DNA from: a bacterium
GTDB taxonomy: Bacteria > Zhuqueibacterota > Zhuqueibacteria > Residuimicrobiales > Krinioviventaceae
Direction of reading: 5' to 3'
Assembly (NCBI GenBank): GCA_963675755.2
Contig: CAXXMD010000002.1
Coordinates: 1,152,001 to 1,216,000 of the forward strand
DNA length: 64,000 nt
The first letter of the stretch is position 1, and the number at the start of each line of letters is the position of its first letter. Of the stretch, positions 18,234 to 26,740 are shown in pieces. The notes under the pieces are model-generated. The model was not told the origin of the DNA and searched no databases. It saw only the letters and a program-made list of their open reading frames with translations. The position numbers and the translations under genes were made by a program.

Positions 18234-20195
18234 CTACTCCCCGTTCAACGTTGCCAGTAATTCTTCAATCTCCAACTGCGTAGTCTCCCATTGATCCATG
18301 TTCTGCTGAAGACTGTTTTTCGCATCCGCATATTCTTTTTGCAGCTGCGCTGCTTTGGGACCATCTTTATAGGTCTCGGGATCAGCAAGCAACGTCTCAA
18401 TTTCTCCAATGCGTTGTTCAAGGGCTTCTATCTGACCTTCTGCTTCATCAACTATTTTTTGCAGTTGATTTCGTTTTTTACTAATAGCCTGCCGTGCTTC
18501 CGCTTCCCTGCGTTTATCTTCTTTGGATTTCTTGACAGCACTGGTTTTAGATGTTGAATCAACAGAGCTTGCAGATTTGGAATCAATGGTTTTGGCTTCA
18601 TCCTGCTGGCGTTTGTGCAGATAATCAGAATAATTGCCCTCATATACCCGAAGATGTTTTTCCTTGATCTCGATAACACGAGTCACGAGTTTATCCAGGA
18701 AATACCGGTCATGTGAGATGAGAATAACCGTACCGTCATAATATTTCAACGCATGTTCGAGCGCTTCTTTCGATGCCATATCCAGATGGTTGGTAGGTTC
18801 ATCCATGATCAAAAAGTTTACTGGCGACATTAATATCTTGGCAAGAGATACACGAGCCTTTTCTCCACCGGATAAAACGCCAACCTTTTTAAACACATCG
18901 TCACCGGTAAACTGAAAAACACCAAGAACATCTCTAACTTGCGGTAACAGACTGTCAGCAACAGAAGAACAAACCTCATCATAGACCGTTGCATTTAAAT
19001 CCAATGTATCTACCTGGTGCTGGGCATAATAACCAATATCTGTTTTCTGCCCCACCGTTATTTTGCCCTTCTGCTGTTCAAGCTGCCCGACTACCAGACG
19101 CGTAAGAGTTGTTTTTCCGGCACCATTAACACCTACCAATGCCAATTTTTCACCACGGTACAGGTCCATATCTACATTTTCAAGTACCCAATCCTTGTCG
19201 TATTTGAATGACATATTTTTAACATGCAGTACTTCTTTATAACTTTGTTGATGCACAGATAGTTTAAAATTTAACCGTCTTGGCGGTGGAGGCAGTTCAA
19301 CATCCTCCAACTTTTCGACCTGCTTTACCCTGCTCTGTACTTGTTTGGCTTTACTGGCTTTATAGCGGAATCGATTTATAAACTCTTCCTGTTGTTGACG
19401 TTTCGCTTTAACTTCTTCCTGACGTTTCATCAACAGTTCAAGATTTTCTTCTTTTTTGCGCTCATAATCGTGATAATTACCGGGATAGTGCGTCAACCTG
19501 CCCCTATCAAGCTCATATATTTCATTACACAAGCGTTCTATAAAATAGCGGTCATGAGATACAATGACCATACTGCCGCTGAAACTTAGCAGGTATTGTT
19601 CAAGCCATTCGAGTGAAGGTAGATCCAGATGGTTGGTAGGTTCATCGAGAAGCAGCAGATCCGGTTTCTGGACAAGCAAACGCGCCAGATAAACACGCAT
19701 TCGCCATCCACCACTGAAATCAGAAATAGGACGGTGAAAATCAGAAACAGCAAAACCCAAACCGGACAAAATCGCTTTAATACTGCTTTCCAGTTTGTAT
19801 CCATCAAGTACTTCATAACGGCTTTCCAGGGTACCCAACTTGTTCAGCAAGGCATCGTGGTCGCCTTCTCCATTCTCAAGTTGATGACGGATTTTGTAAA
19901 TCTGTTCTTCCAGATCCAGTAATTCTCCCTGGCCTTCTAACGCAACTTCTAAAATACTGCCACGCTCAATACTGATCTCTTCCTGAGGTAAAAATCCAAT
20001 AACATAATCTTTGGGTTTTATGATCTCAATAGAATCAGGTTGCAGGTCACCATTAACAACACGCAACAAGGTGGTTTTGCCTGCACCATTGGGGCCAATT
20101 AACGCGGAACGTCTACCGGGAGTAATGGTCCAGTTTACATTGTTAAATAAATATCTTTCACCAATAGAATAATTTAATCGGGATATTTGCAGCAT
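18234..20195 (-). CDS. ABC-F family ATP-binding protein (YheS/Uup-like)
   Basis: Two ABC domains (GPNGAGKTT/FSGGWRMR/DEPTNHLD; GVNGAGKTT/LSGGEKAR/DEPTNHLD), no TM segments, C-terminal coiled coil. Confidence 0.95.
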   Translation of the reverse strand: MLQISRLNYSIGERYLFNNVNWTITPGRRSALIGPNGAGKTTLLRVVNGDLQPDSIEIIKPKDYVIGFLPQEEISIERGSILEVALEGQGELLDLEEQIYKIRHQLENGEGDHDALLNKLGTLESRYEVLDGYKLESSIKAILSGLGFAVSDFHRPISDFSGGWRMRVYLARLLVQKPDLLLLDEPTNHLDLPSLEWLEQYLLSFSGSMVIVSHDRYFIERLCNEIYELDRGRLTHYPGNYHDYERKKEENLELLMKRQEEVKAKRQQQEEFINRFRYKASKAKQVQSRVKQVEKLEDVELPPPPRRLNFKLSVHQQSYKEVLHVKNMSFKYDKDWVLENVDMDLYRGEKLALVGVNGAGKTTLTRLVVGQLEQQKGKITVGQKTDIGYYAQHQVDTLDLNATVYDEVCSSVADSLLPQVRDVLGVFQFTGDDVFKKVGVLSGGEKARVSLAKILMSPVNFLIMDEPTNHLDMASKEALEHALKYYDGTVILISHDRYFLDKLVTRVIEIKEKHLRVYEGNYSDYLHKRQQDEAKTIDSKSASSVDSTSKTSAVKKSKEDKRREAEARQAISKKRNQLQKIVDEAEGQIEALEQRIGEIETLLADPETYKDGPKAAQLQKEYADAKNSLQQNMDQWETTQLEIEELLATLNGE

Positions 20196-20267
20196 AGTCC
20201 ATTCAATGTTTGTTCATTCAAAGACATGAATTTACTAAAGAATAGACAAAAATCCCAATGGAAAAAT

Positions 20268-20405
20268 AACCATGATTAATACCATGATTAATACCATGAT
20301 TAAAAAGATTTATATGATTAAAAGATCATAAAGTATTGCACAAGCGGTATTATTATGCTTTTTTAATTCTTTGCGTACCCTGCGATATCTTGGCGTCCTT
20401 TGCGA
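20268..20405. repeat. Periodic intergenic repeats (ACCATGATTAAT x3; CTTTGCG-type)
   Basis: AACCATGATTAATACCATGATTAATACCATGATTAAAAAGATTTATATGATT and CTTTGCGTACCCTGCGATATCTTGGCGTCCTTTGCGA. Confidence 0.65.
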
Positions 20406-20431
20406 TTTGTATTTCTTTTTTAAAGCATTAA

Positions 20432-21847
20432 TCAATACTCACTAAAATACAATCCCACTTCCGAGATCAATGGACATGCGCGTGCATCATCAATCGTTAA
20501 TTTTACATATCGGGTTGTGATCGTATCTATCCGGTCCAGTTTTTTGTTACCGATGGTTGTCCCCTTACTCACTTTTACCCATTTATTGCCGGATTTTACT
20601 TCCACAGTATATGCCTTTACCCGCTGACCCATCATAATGGGTTCGCGAATTTCGACAACATTAAAGGTCTTTTCTTTTCCCAAATCCAGTTCAAGAGATG
20701 CCGAAAGGGTATTATTGTCTGTGGTCCAATAGGTATTATTATCTTTATCCAGTACATTAGCAGCTTTGAACTGTTCCGCTTTCCCCCTCACCTCACTGGC
20801 AGTTACCGATGCACCATCAATTAGGTTTTCATCAAAGATGGAATCCAGTGCTTTTCTAAATTCGTATAACCGTTTTACATCCGCTTCTTCAAACAAGCCT
20901 TTGTCATTTGGTGGTATATTCAACAACAGTACGCAGTTCCTGCCAACAGATTTGAAATAGATATCCAATAAATGTTCAAGCGATTTGGGCTGTTGTTCTT
21001 TATGCCAGAACCACCCCTTTCGGATGGAGACATCGCACTCTCCAGCAACCCAATCGGGACCGTCAATGTCCCCACTGTTTAAATATTTGGTATCGGCTTT
21101 ACCGATTTTAACACGGGATTTGTCGATCATGGACCAGCATGTTTCACCGGCAAAACCATGTTCATTGCCAATCCAACGAACATCGGGCCCGGAATCGGAA
21201 AACATGCAAACTCCCGGCTGCATTTGTCGAACCAGGGACCAGAACATATTAAAATCATAAACCTGTACTTTACCATTGGGTCCTTCTCCGCAGGCGCCGT
21301 CAAACCACATCTCGGTCAAGGTACCGTAATTAATCATGAGCTCCCGCAGTTGCCCGGTATAATATTGATTATATGCTTCTCCCTGTCCATAAGTCGCCTC
21401 GTGTCGGTCCCAGGGTGAAAGATAAATTCCCATGCTGATTCCAAATTTTTCACAGGCATTTGAAAGCTCTCTAACTATATCGCCCTTGCCGTCTTTCCAG
21501 GGACTGCTCTTCACGCTGTGATCGGTATAAGCACTGGGCCAGAGGCAGAATCCATCGTGATGTTTGGCTGTAAGGATGACAGTTTTAAATCCGCATTCCT
21601 GAGCAGTTTTAGCCCATTGTTCAGCATCCAGATCGACAGGATTAAAGATTGCAGGTTCTTCGGAGCCATCTCCCCACTCTTTATCTGTAAATGTATTTAC
21701 AGTAAAATGCACAAACATGATCAGTTCCTGCTGCTGCCATGAAAGCTGTCTGGCAGTAGGAATGGGTAGTATGGGTGTGGGTGGTGTGGTTTGCGCGAAC
21801 AAGTTAAAGGAAATAAAAAACAGGGTAAATAATTTTAAAATTTTCAT
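20432..21847 (-). CDS. Alpha-L-fucosidase (GH29) with C-terminal F5/8 type C domain
   Basis: FVHFTVNTF, TAKHHDGFCLWPS, SPWDRH, WFDGA, ECDVSIRKGWF, KSVGRN; signal peptide from ATG 21847. Confidence 0.92.
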   Translation of the reverse strand: MKILKLFTLFFISFNLFAQTTPPTPILPIPTARQLSWQQQELIMFVHFTVNTFTDKEWGDGSEEPAIFNPVDLDAEQWAKTAQECGFKTVILTAKHHDGFCLWPSAYTDHSVKSSPWKDGKGDIVRELSNACEKFGISMGIYLSPWDRHEATYGQGEAYNQYYTGQLRELMINYGTLTEMWFDGACGEGPNGKVQVYDFNMFWSLVRQMQPGVCMFSDSGPDVRWIGNEHGFAGETCWSMIDKSRVKIGKADTKYLNSGDIDGPDWVAGECDVSIRKGWFWHKEQQPKSLEHLLDIYFKSVGRNCVLLLNIPPNDKGLFEEADVKRLYEFRKALDSIFDENLIDGASVTASEVRGKAEQFKAANVLDKDNNTYWTTDNNTLSASLELDLGKEKTFNVVEIREPIMMGQRVKAYTVEVKSGNKWVKVSKGTTIGNKKLDRIDTITTRYVKLTIDDARACPLISEVGLYFSEY

Positions 21848-21868
21848 AATAACTCCGGGAATGGGTCT

Positions 21869-22140
21869 AACCACAAAGCCTCAAAGGACAAAAAGATTTT
21901 TAATATACAAATAATACAGATAAAAGAAAATTAATTGGTGTCTTGATCCAATATTTTAAAAATATTATGGAATTGAACATATCATACTAATACTAATCCT
22001 TGAGGATCCGTGAAAATCTGTGGCTTGAATTGTTTGTCCACGAATCAACACTGATCCACACAGAATCTCTTTGCGTACTTAATCTTTGTTGTTCCCAATA
22101 AAAGGATTAAACAACGAAGGATACGAAACTCACGAAGGAA
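21869..22140. repeat. Degenerate ~9-nt periodic intergenic repeats
   Basis: AACCACAAAGCCTCAAAGGACAAAAAG, ATCCGTGAAAATCTGTGG, CCACGAATCAACACTGATCCACACAGAAT, AACAACGAAGGATACGAAACTCACGAAG. Confidence 0.5.
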
Positions 22141-22144
22141 AACA

Positions 22145-23026
22145 TTAATAAGAATCCGGTTTGTAACTATTATCAAGATAATAAAACTTGTTTTCATCAA
22201 AAGAATATGAAATTACGGGCTTTTTACCATAAAACAATTCAGCTTTATTATTAAAAGTTTTAAATTTCAACAATTGGTTATCAATACCGAACATATTGGC
22301 TTGAGCTTTTTCAATTTCACATTGATTAAAAATTTCAAAATCTTTATAAATATAAATGTGGTTTTCACTTTGGATTACAAACCGATCTTTGATTTTTACA
22401 GGTAATATTTCCCCTACCTTGATTTCAAGCGGTACATTATTAATACTATAAAAAAAGTTATCATTACAGAATAAAAGCGAGAGTTCATCAAGTGTAAACA
22501 ATTTCACTTTTGCTTGTTGAAGAAAGAGTGTATCCGGTGTGAATTGATCTTTGATAATTAAATTTTGATAATACGACAACACTTTTTTCTTTATTTTCCA
22601 TTGATCATCTTTATTGTCAATCAATTTTAAATCTAAAACAATTGGTTCCCAATCAGGGCTGGTATAATATTCCAGAATTCTGGTTAATGTGTTTAGATCG
22701 GTGTGACCATGTAGTTTAATATAATATCCATTTTCATTCTGGCTAATCTCCAAGGGCCGATCTGTTGCAAAGACTTTACTCAAAATTTCAACATTTACTT
22801 TTTTATTTTCCAACTTTTTATAATTAACCAATTTAACAATATATTGATTAAAGATATCTGACACGCCTTTGTAATAATGATAATAATATCCATCCCATTG
22901 ATCATAATTATAAACAAGAACAAAATTTAAATTAGTATAATCTAAATTTTTAAATGTTTTTACTGTAGCATAAGTATTTGGACCAGCTGCTAACAAAATT
23001 AAAAGTAAAATGAATCGCTTATACAC
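22145..23026 (-). CDS. Secreted hypothetical protein (very AT-rich)
   Basis: Open ~293 codons; GTG 23026 after GGGGAG gives signal peptide MYKRFILLLILLAAGPNTYA. Confidence 0.65.
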   Translation of the reverse strand: MYKRFILLLILLAAGPNTYATVKTFKNLDYTNLNFVLVYNYDQWDGYYYHYYKGVSDIFNQYIVKLVNYKKLENKKVNVEILSKVFATDRPLEISQNENGYYIKLHGHTDLNTLTRILEYYTSPDWEPIVLDLKLIDNKDDQWKIKKKVLSYYQNLIIKDQFTPDTLFLQQAKVKLFTLDELSLLFCNDNFFYSINNVPLEIKVGEILPVKIKDRFVIQSENHIYIYKDFEIFNQCEIEKAQANMFGIDNQLLKFKTFNNKAELFYGKKPVISYSFDENKFYYLDNSYKPDSY

Positions 23027-23061
23027 GCAATACTCCCCATTATTTTTAATTTGGTTCAAAG

Positions 23062-23091
23062 AAAAAAGCCCGTCCCAAAATTAGAACGGGC
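23062..23091 (-). terminator. Rho-independent terminator
   Basis: GCCCGT...ACGGGC stem followed by T6 on the minus strand, after the NIPSNAP gene. Confidence 0.65.
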
Positions 23092-23104
23092 AAAAGAATA
23101 ATCA

Positions 23105-23896
23105 TTATATCTGCGAGCACCCCAGCGGACGCAAGATGATATCGGTAATGTTGGATACGGTATCTTTGTACTTTTCAACCTCACGCAGTTTTAGCCATTC
23201 GGGATGGATACGAAACTTGTCCCAACTGGCAAAACGCTCATCCATGTCATTAAACGCCAGCATATAAGTTAAATTCGGCATCATGGGGCCCACGATGGTT
23301 TGCCCAAACAAAACAGGATTCAAGTCGGAATCCTTGAAAATATCAATCTCACTTCCATTGTTAAACATGTCAACTTTGAGATTGCCGGCTTTAACACTGT
23401 GGCTTTCATAAATACGTATTTCATAAATGCGGCTCTTGTTTTTCAACATTGCAGTGGGCACATCAACTTTGGGCATGTGCGCAAAACATTGCAGTAAAGA
23501 GGATTCTCTGCGAACATACGCTATATTATCCAGCGTTGTGTTGAGGAAATCAGCACCAACTTTTAAATATTCCGCATCATCCAGTAGCTTTTGAGGAACC
23601 GTCAAGACAGATTCAATATTGGGATGCGGGATCATAATATACAAAGTCGGATCAGTAGGGCCAAAAAAGACATTGAAAGCACCCACATTTTTAATGCCGG
23701 CACGGTTCAATGCGGGTATAGCCGCATCACGATAAAATTCTTCAACGCGGTTCTTGCCAGAACCAACATTCAAGCGGTATTTGATCAATTCAACAATTTC
23801 CTGATTTCCTGTAGCGGCATTTGCATCACTGTGCATGCCTGCCATGGTGGCGGCACCGGCTGCAACAGAAGCTGATAAAAATTCTCTACGTTTCAT
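23105..23896 (-). CDS. Tat-exported NIPSNAP family protein
   Basis: MKRREFL Tat motif; RIYEIRIYES, PNLTYML, WDKFRIHPEW, SQI terminus. Confidence 0.85.
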   Translation of the reverse strand: MKRREFLSASVAAGAATMAGMHSDANAATGNQEIVELIKYRLNVGSGKNRVEEFYRDAAIPALNRAGIKNVGAFNVFFGPTDPTLYIMIPHPNIESVLTVPQKLLDDAEYLKVGADFLNTTLDNIAYVRRESSLLQCFAHMPKVDVPTAMLKNKSRIYEIRIYESHSVKAGNLKVDMFNNGSEIDIFKDSDLNPVLFGQTIVGPMMPNLTYMLAFNDMDERFASWDKFRIHPEWLKLREVEKYKDTVSNITDIILRPLGCSQI

Positions 23897-23908
23897 ATTT
23901 CCCTTCCT

Positions 23909-24919
23909 TTATATTTTCCTTACACGTATTGTATACGCGTGTTTTGGATTTTCAACCAATAACTGATTAATTTCCAAATCGGTAAATCCACTATTTTTTA
24001 ACGCCGGGATCAGCTTTAGAGACAAAGAAGCATAATCCCGAAAATCACCTCCATCCTGTTCTCCCACATGGTACCACCCAGCATCATGCGATAACAAGAC
24101 ATGGTTCAACACATTACTCGCTTTCATTATGGAAAGCATTTTAACAATCGATTCAATTTGTTTCGGATCGTCACGCATTTTATCTATGGAAATCCATCCG
24201 CCCTGTTTTGCAAACCGGATACGTTCATCATCCGTACCCCGGTTAGCATGTGTCCATATAAACGCCTCTGGTGCAACACCTTCTTCTTCAAGTATTTCTA
24301 ACTGATGAAAAGCCGGTGAACCGGGACCGGTATGTGAATTGATTGTTAATCCGGTAGCAAGGTGAGTTTTTGCTGCAGCGCGGGCAAGCTTGGCGTGCAG
24401 TTCAGATAAAACAGAATCTCTGGCAACTGCAATTTTTATAAAACCCGGTTTAATCCCCGTATCTTCAATACCATTCTTCCATTCGGCAATCCATCTTTCA
24501 GCCAATTGGTCAGCTGTTTCGGTAAAGGCGTATTGGGGAATAAATTGATCTTTCATAGCTCCATATAATCCGGTGTTGGTAAGAATATGTATCCCGGATT
24601 TTTCAGACAGCATTTTACACAGTAAGGGATCTCGTCCCAGATATTGCGGTGTACATTCAACAAGGGTTTGAATTCCAAGTTCTTTAATTTGTTGCAGATA
24701 TGGTAAAACTTTGGCAGTAACCTCATCCTTGTCCCAGCGATGGTATCCGGTACTGTCTGCTCCTATAAAATCCACCAAAACATGTTCATGACTCAACGTC
24801 TGGCCCATATCATTCGATGAAATGGAACCTTTCACAGTCATTACAATGCTGGTTTCTTTTTGATTTGAACAGGAAACCAGAACCAGCAAAAGAATCAGAT
24901 AAAATATCTTTTTAATCAT
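23909..24919 (-). CDS. Phosphotriesterase-family (aryldialkylphosphatase/lactonase) lipoprotein
   Basis: Lipobox VSC; TLSHEH, GRDP, GFIK, SHT, WTHA, LLSHDAG, ENP. Confidence 0.88.
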   Translation of the reverse strand: MIKKIFYLILLLVLVSCSNQKETSIVMTVKGSISSNDMGQTLSHEHVLVDFIGADSTGYHRWDKDEVTAKVLPYLQQIKELGIQTLVECTPQYLGRDPLLCKMLSEKSGIHILTNTGLYGAMKDQFIPQYAFTETADQLAERWIAEWKNGIEDTGIKPGFIKIAVARDSVLSELHAKLARAAAKTHLATGLTINSHTGPGSPAFHQLEILEEEGVAPEAFIWTHANRGTDDERIRFAKQGGWISIDKMRDDPKQIESIVKMLSIMKASNVLNHVLLSHDAGWYHVGEQDGGDFRDYASLSLKLIPALKNSGFTDLEINQLLVENPKHAYTIRVRKI

Positions 24920-24929
24920 ATTCTACGCC

Positions 24930-25943
24930 CTACAAGCTTTTTATAGTATTCCAGATGTTTTCATTCATGGGAATTCCTTTTTCCAGGTTATCATTGCGTA
25001 TTTGTAAAACACGTTCTCCCGGATAAGTTATTTCAGTGGAGCTGTTTGATGGTTCGGATTTTTTCACATCTTGAATTATACTGTCTACAACATCCATTAC
25101 ATGATTTACAGAATGGAGTTTATTAATATCAATCGCAATGAAAACCTGAGACACATTGTATTCGCGAATAGGATCTCCGCCAAGATCACCAATCTGCCTT
25201 GTAGATAATCCGCCCGAGATGAGTGTTGCAATAATGTCCAACAACATTGAGAGCCCTGCCCCTTTCCAGTATCCTACGGACAAGGGGCGTTGCGCTGCAA
25301 GAATATCTGCCGGATCCGTAGTCAATTCCCCCGCATCGTTGAATCCACCGGGTATAGATAATTGCTGTCCAGCCTGTTTAACAACCTCCATCTTGCCATA
25401 TGAAAACTGAGACATGGCCATATCAAGCACAACCGGTGTTTCTTTTCCAGGTACTGCCAAAACCAAGGGATTGTTTCCCAGGCGGCAATCAGCTGCTCCC
25501 CATGCAGGCATATTGGGCATCGTGTTCGTCCAGCCGATATAAATAAATCCATCAGCAGCCACACGGCGACCATAGGAACCCGCCCGCATCCAGTGGTTGG
25601 TATGAGCCAAACCAACACAACCAATACCAAACTCTGTGGCAAGCAATTTTGCACGGTCTGCCATTGCCAATGCATTCAAAATACCCGGGCCCAGCTTTCC
25701 GTCCCATTGTTCCAATGCCCCCATTGCATTTACTTTTTCAGGTTCTGCATCTACAATCACCAATTTGCGCTTGATCTGATCAATAAACCGGGGGAACCGG
25801 TTAGCACCATGAGAGTACACGCCTTCAAGGCTGGATTCTGCAAATACAAAAGCCAAAGTTTCAGCTTTTTCAGTGGTAAATCCATACTTTTCCAACACCC
25901 TTATAAACTCGGCTTGCATCTCATTAAATTGGATTCTTTTCAT
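24930..25943 (-). CDS. yiaK: 3-dehydro-L-gulonate 2-dehydrogenase (2,3-diketo-L-gulonate reductase, Ldh_2 family)
   Basis: GVYSHGANRFPRF, NHWMRAGSYG, WTNT, LGNNP, DMAMSQFSYG, GYWKGAGLS, YPGER. Confidence 0.9.
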   Translation of the reverse strand: MKRIQFNEMQAEFIRVLEKYGFTTEKAETLAFVFAESSLEGVYSHGANRFPRFIDQIKRKLVIVDAEPEKVNAMGALEQWDGKLGPGILNALAMADRAKLLATEFGIGCVGLAHTNHWMRAGSYGRRVAADGFIYIGWTNTMPNMPAWGAADCRLGNNPLVLAVPGKETPVVLDMAMSQFSYGKMEVVKQAGQQLSIPGGFNDAGELTTDPADILAAQRPLSVGYWKGAGLSMLLDIIATLISGGLSTRQIGDLGGDPIREYNVSQVFIAIDINKLHSVNHVMDVVDSIIQDVKKSEPSNSSTEITYPGERVLQIRNDNLEKGIPMNENIWNTIKSL

Positions 25944-25980
25944 ATTTCACCTGCACTCTGGTTAATGATCAATCCTGGAA

Positions 25981-26544
25981 TCAAAGTTTTGCAGCTTTAC
26001 GATTTTCGATAAATCTTAAAACAAGTTGATAAACTGCAATAACAAAATATGCACAACAAACACCAACAAAGGCTCCTACCAAAACATCAATAGGATAGTG
26101 AACACCTACATAAATCCTTGAAATCCCTACAAGCACCGCAAAAGTCCAATACACATACCAAGCTTTTGGAAAAAAATAGGTAAAAAAGGCAGCTGTTGCA
26201 AAAGAATTGGCTGCATGAGCTGAGGGGAAAGAGAATGATGTTTTCATTCCAATCAACATGTTTACATTTTCAAGAGCAACACAGGGCCTGGCTCTTCCAA
26301 TCAAAGGTTTCAGGAAACCTGCAGATATCTGATCGCTTAAAGTTATCACAAAAATAATTAATAAAGCAGCAATTCTTCCCCTTTTGCCCCCTTTCCATAA
26401 TAACCAGACATAAAAAACCAGAAATACAGGGTACCAATGTTTCTGGTTCGTAATAAAAGGCATAAACCAATCAAAAAATGGATTACTAAGCGAATGATTA
26501 AAAAAATAAAAAACAACAGTATCTATATGCTGAAGCCATTCCAT
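25981..26544 (-). CDS. PAP2-family membrane phosphatase
   Basis: KPLIGRARP, SFPSAHA, SRIYVGVHYPIDV; start at ATG 26544 after AGAGGA. Confidence 0.92.
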   Translation of the reverse strand: MEWLQHIDTVVFYFFNHSLSNPFFDWFMPFITNQKHWYPVFLVFYVWLLWKGGKRGRIAALLIIFVITLSDQISAGFLKPLIGRARPCVALENVNMLIGMKTSFSFPSAHAANSFATAAFFTYFFPKAWYVYWTFAVLVGISRIYVGVHYPIDVLVGAFVGVCCAYFVIAVYQLVLRFIENRKAAKL

Positions 26545-26591
26545 TGTAAAAATCCTCTGTATCAAATTTGAACTTTTTGAATATATGAATA

Positions 26592-26607
26592 TGGAATAAT
26601 TTTTGCA
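26592..26607 (+). promoter_or_regulatory. Possible sigma54 promoter
   Basis: TGGAAT-AATTT-TTGCA (GG-N10-GC), ~135 nt upstream of the kinase operon. Confidence 0.35.
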
Positions 26608-26740
26608 AATTTTAATTCGGAAAAATAAACCAAATTAGCATAAAGCAATATTTAACAATATCTTAACATAACAAACAAAACCTTAAACAATGCAGATATA
26701 GAGTCCAAATTAACCCCTTAATGCCCAAAGGACACACCGT

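Noticed and set aside
17797-20320. Periodic repeats as a CRISPR array
   Set aside because: Units are 9-13 nt with no 30-40 nt unique spacers, and no cas genes are present.
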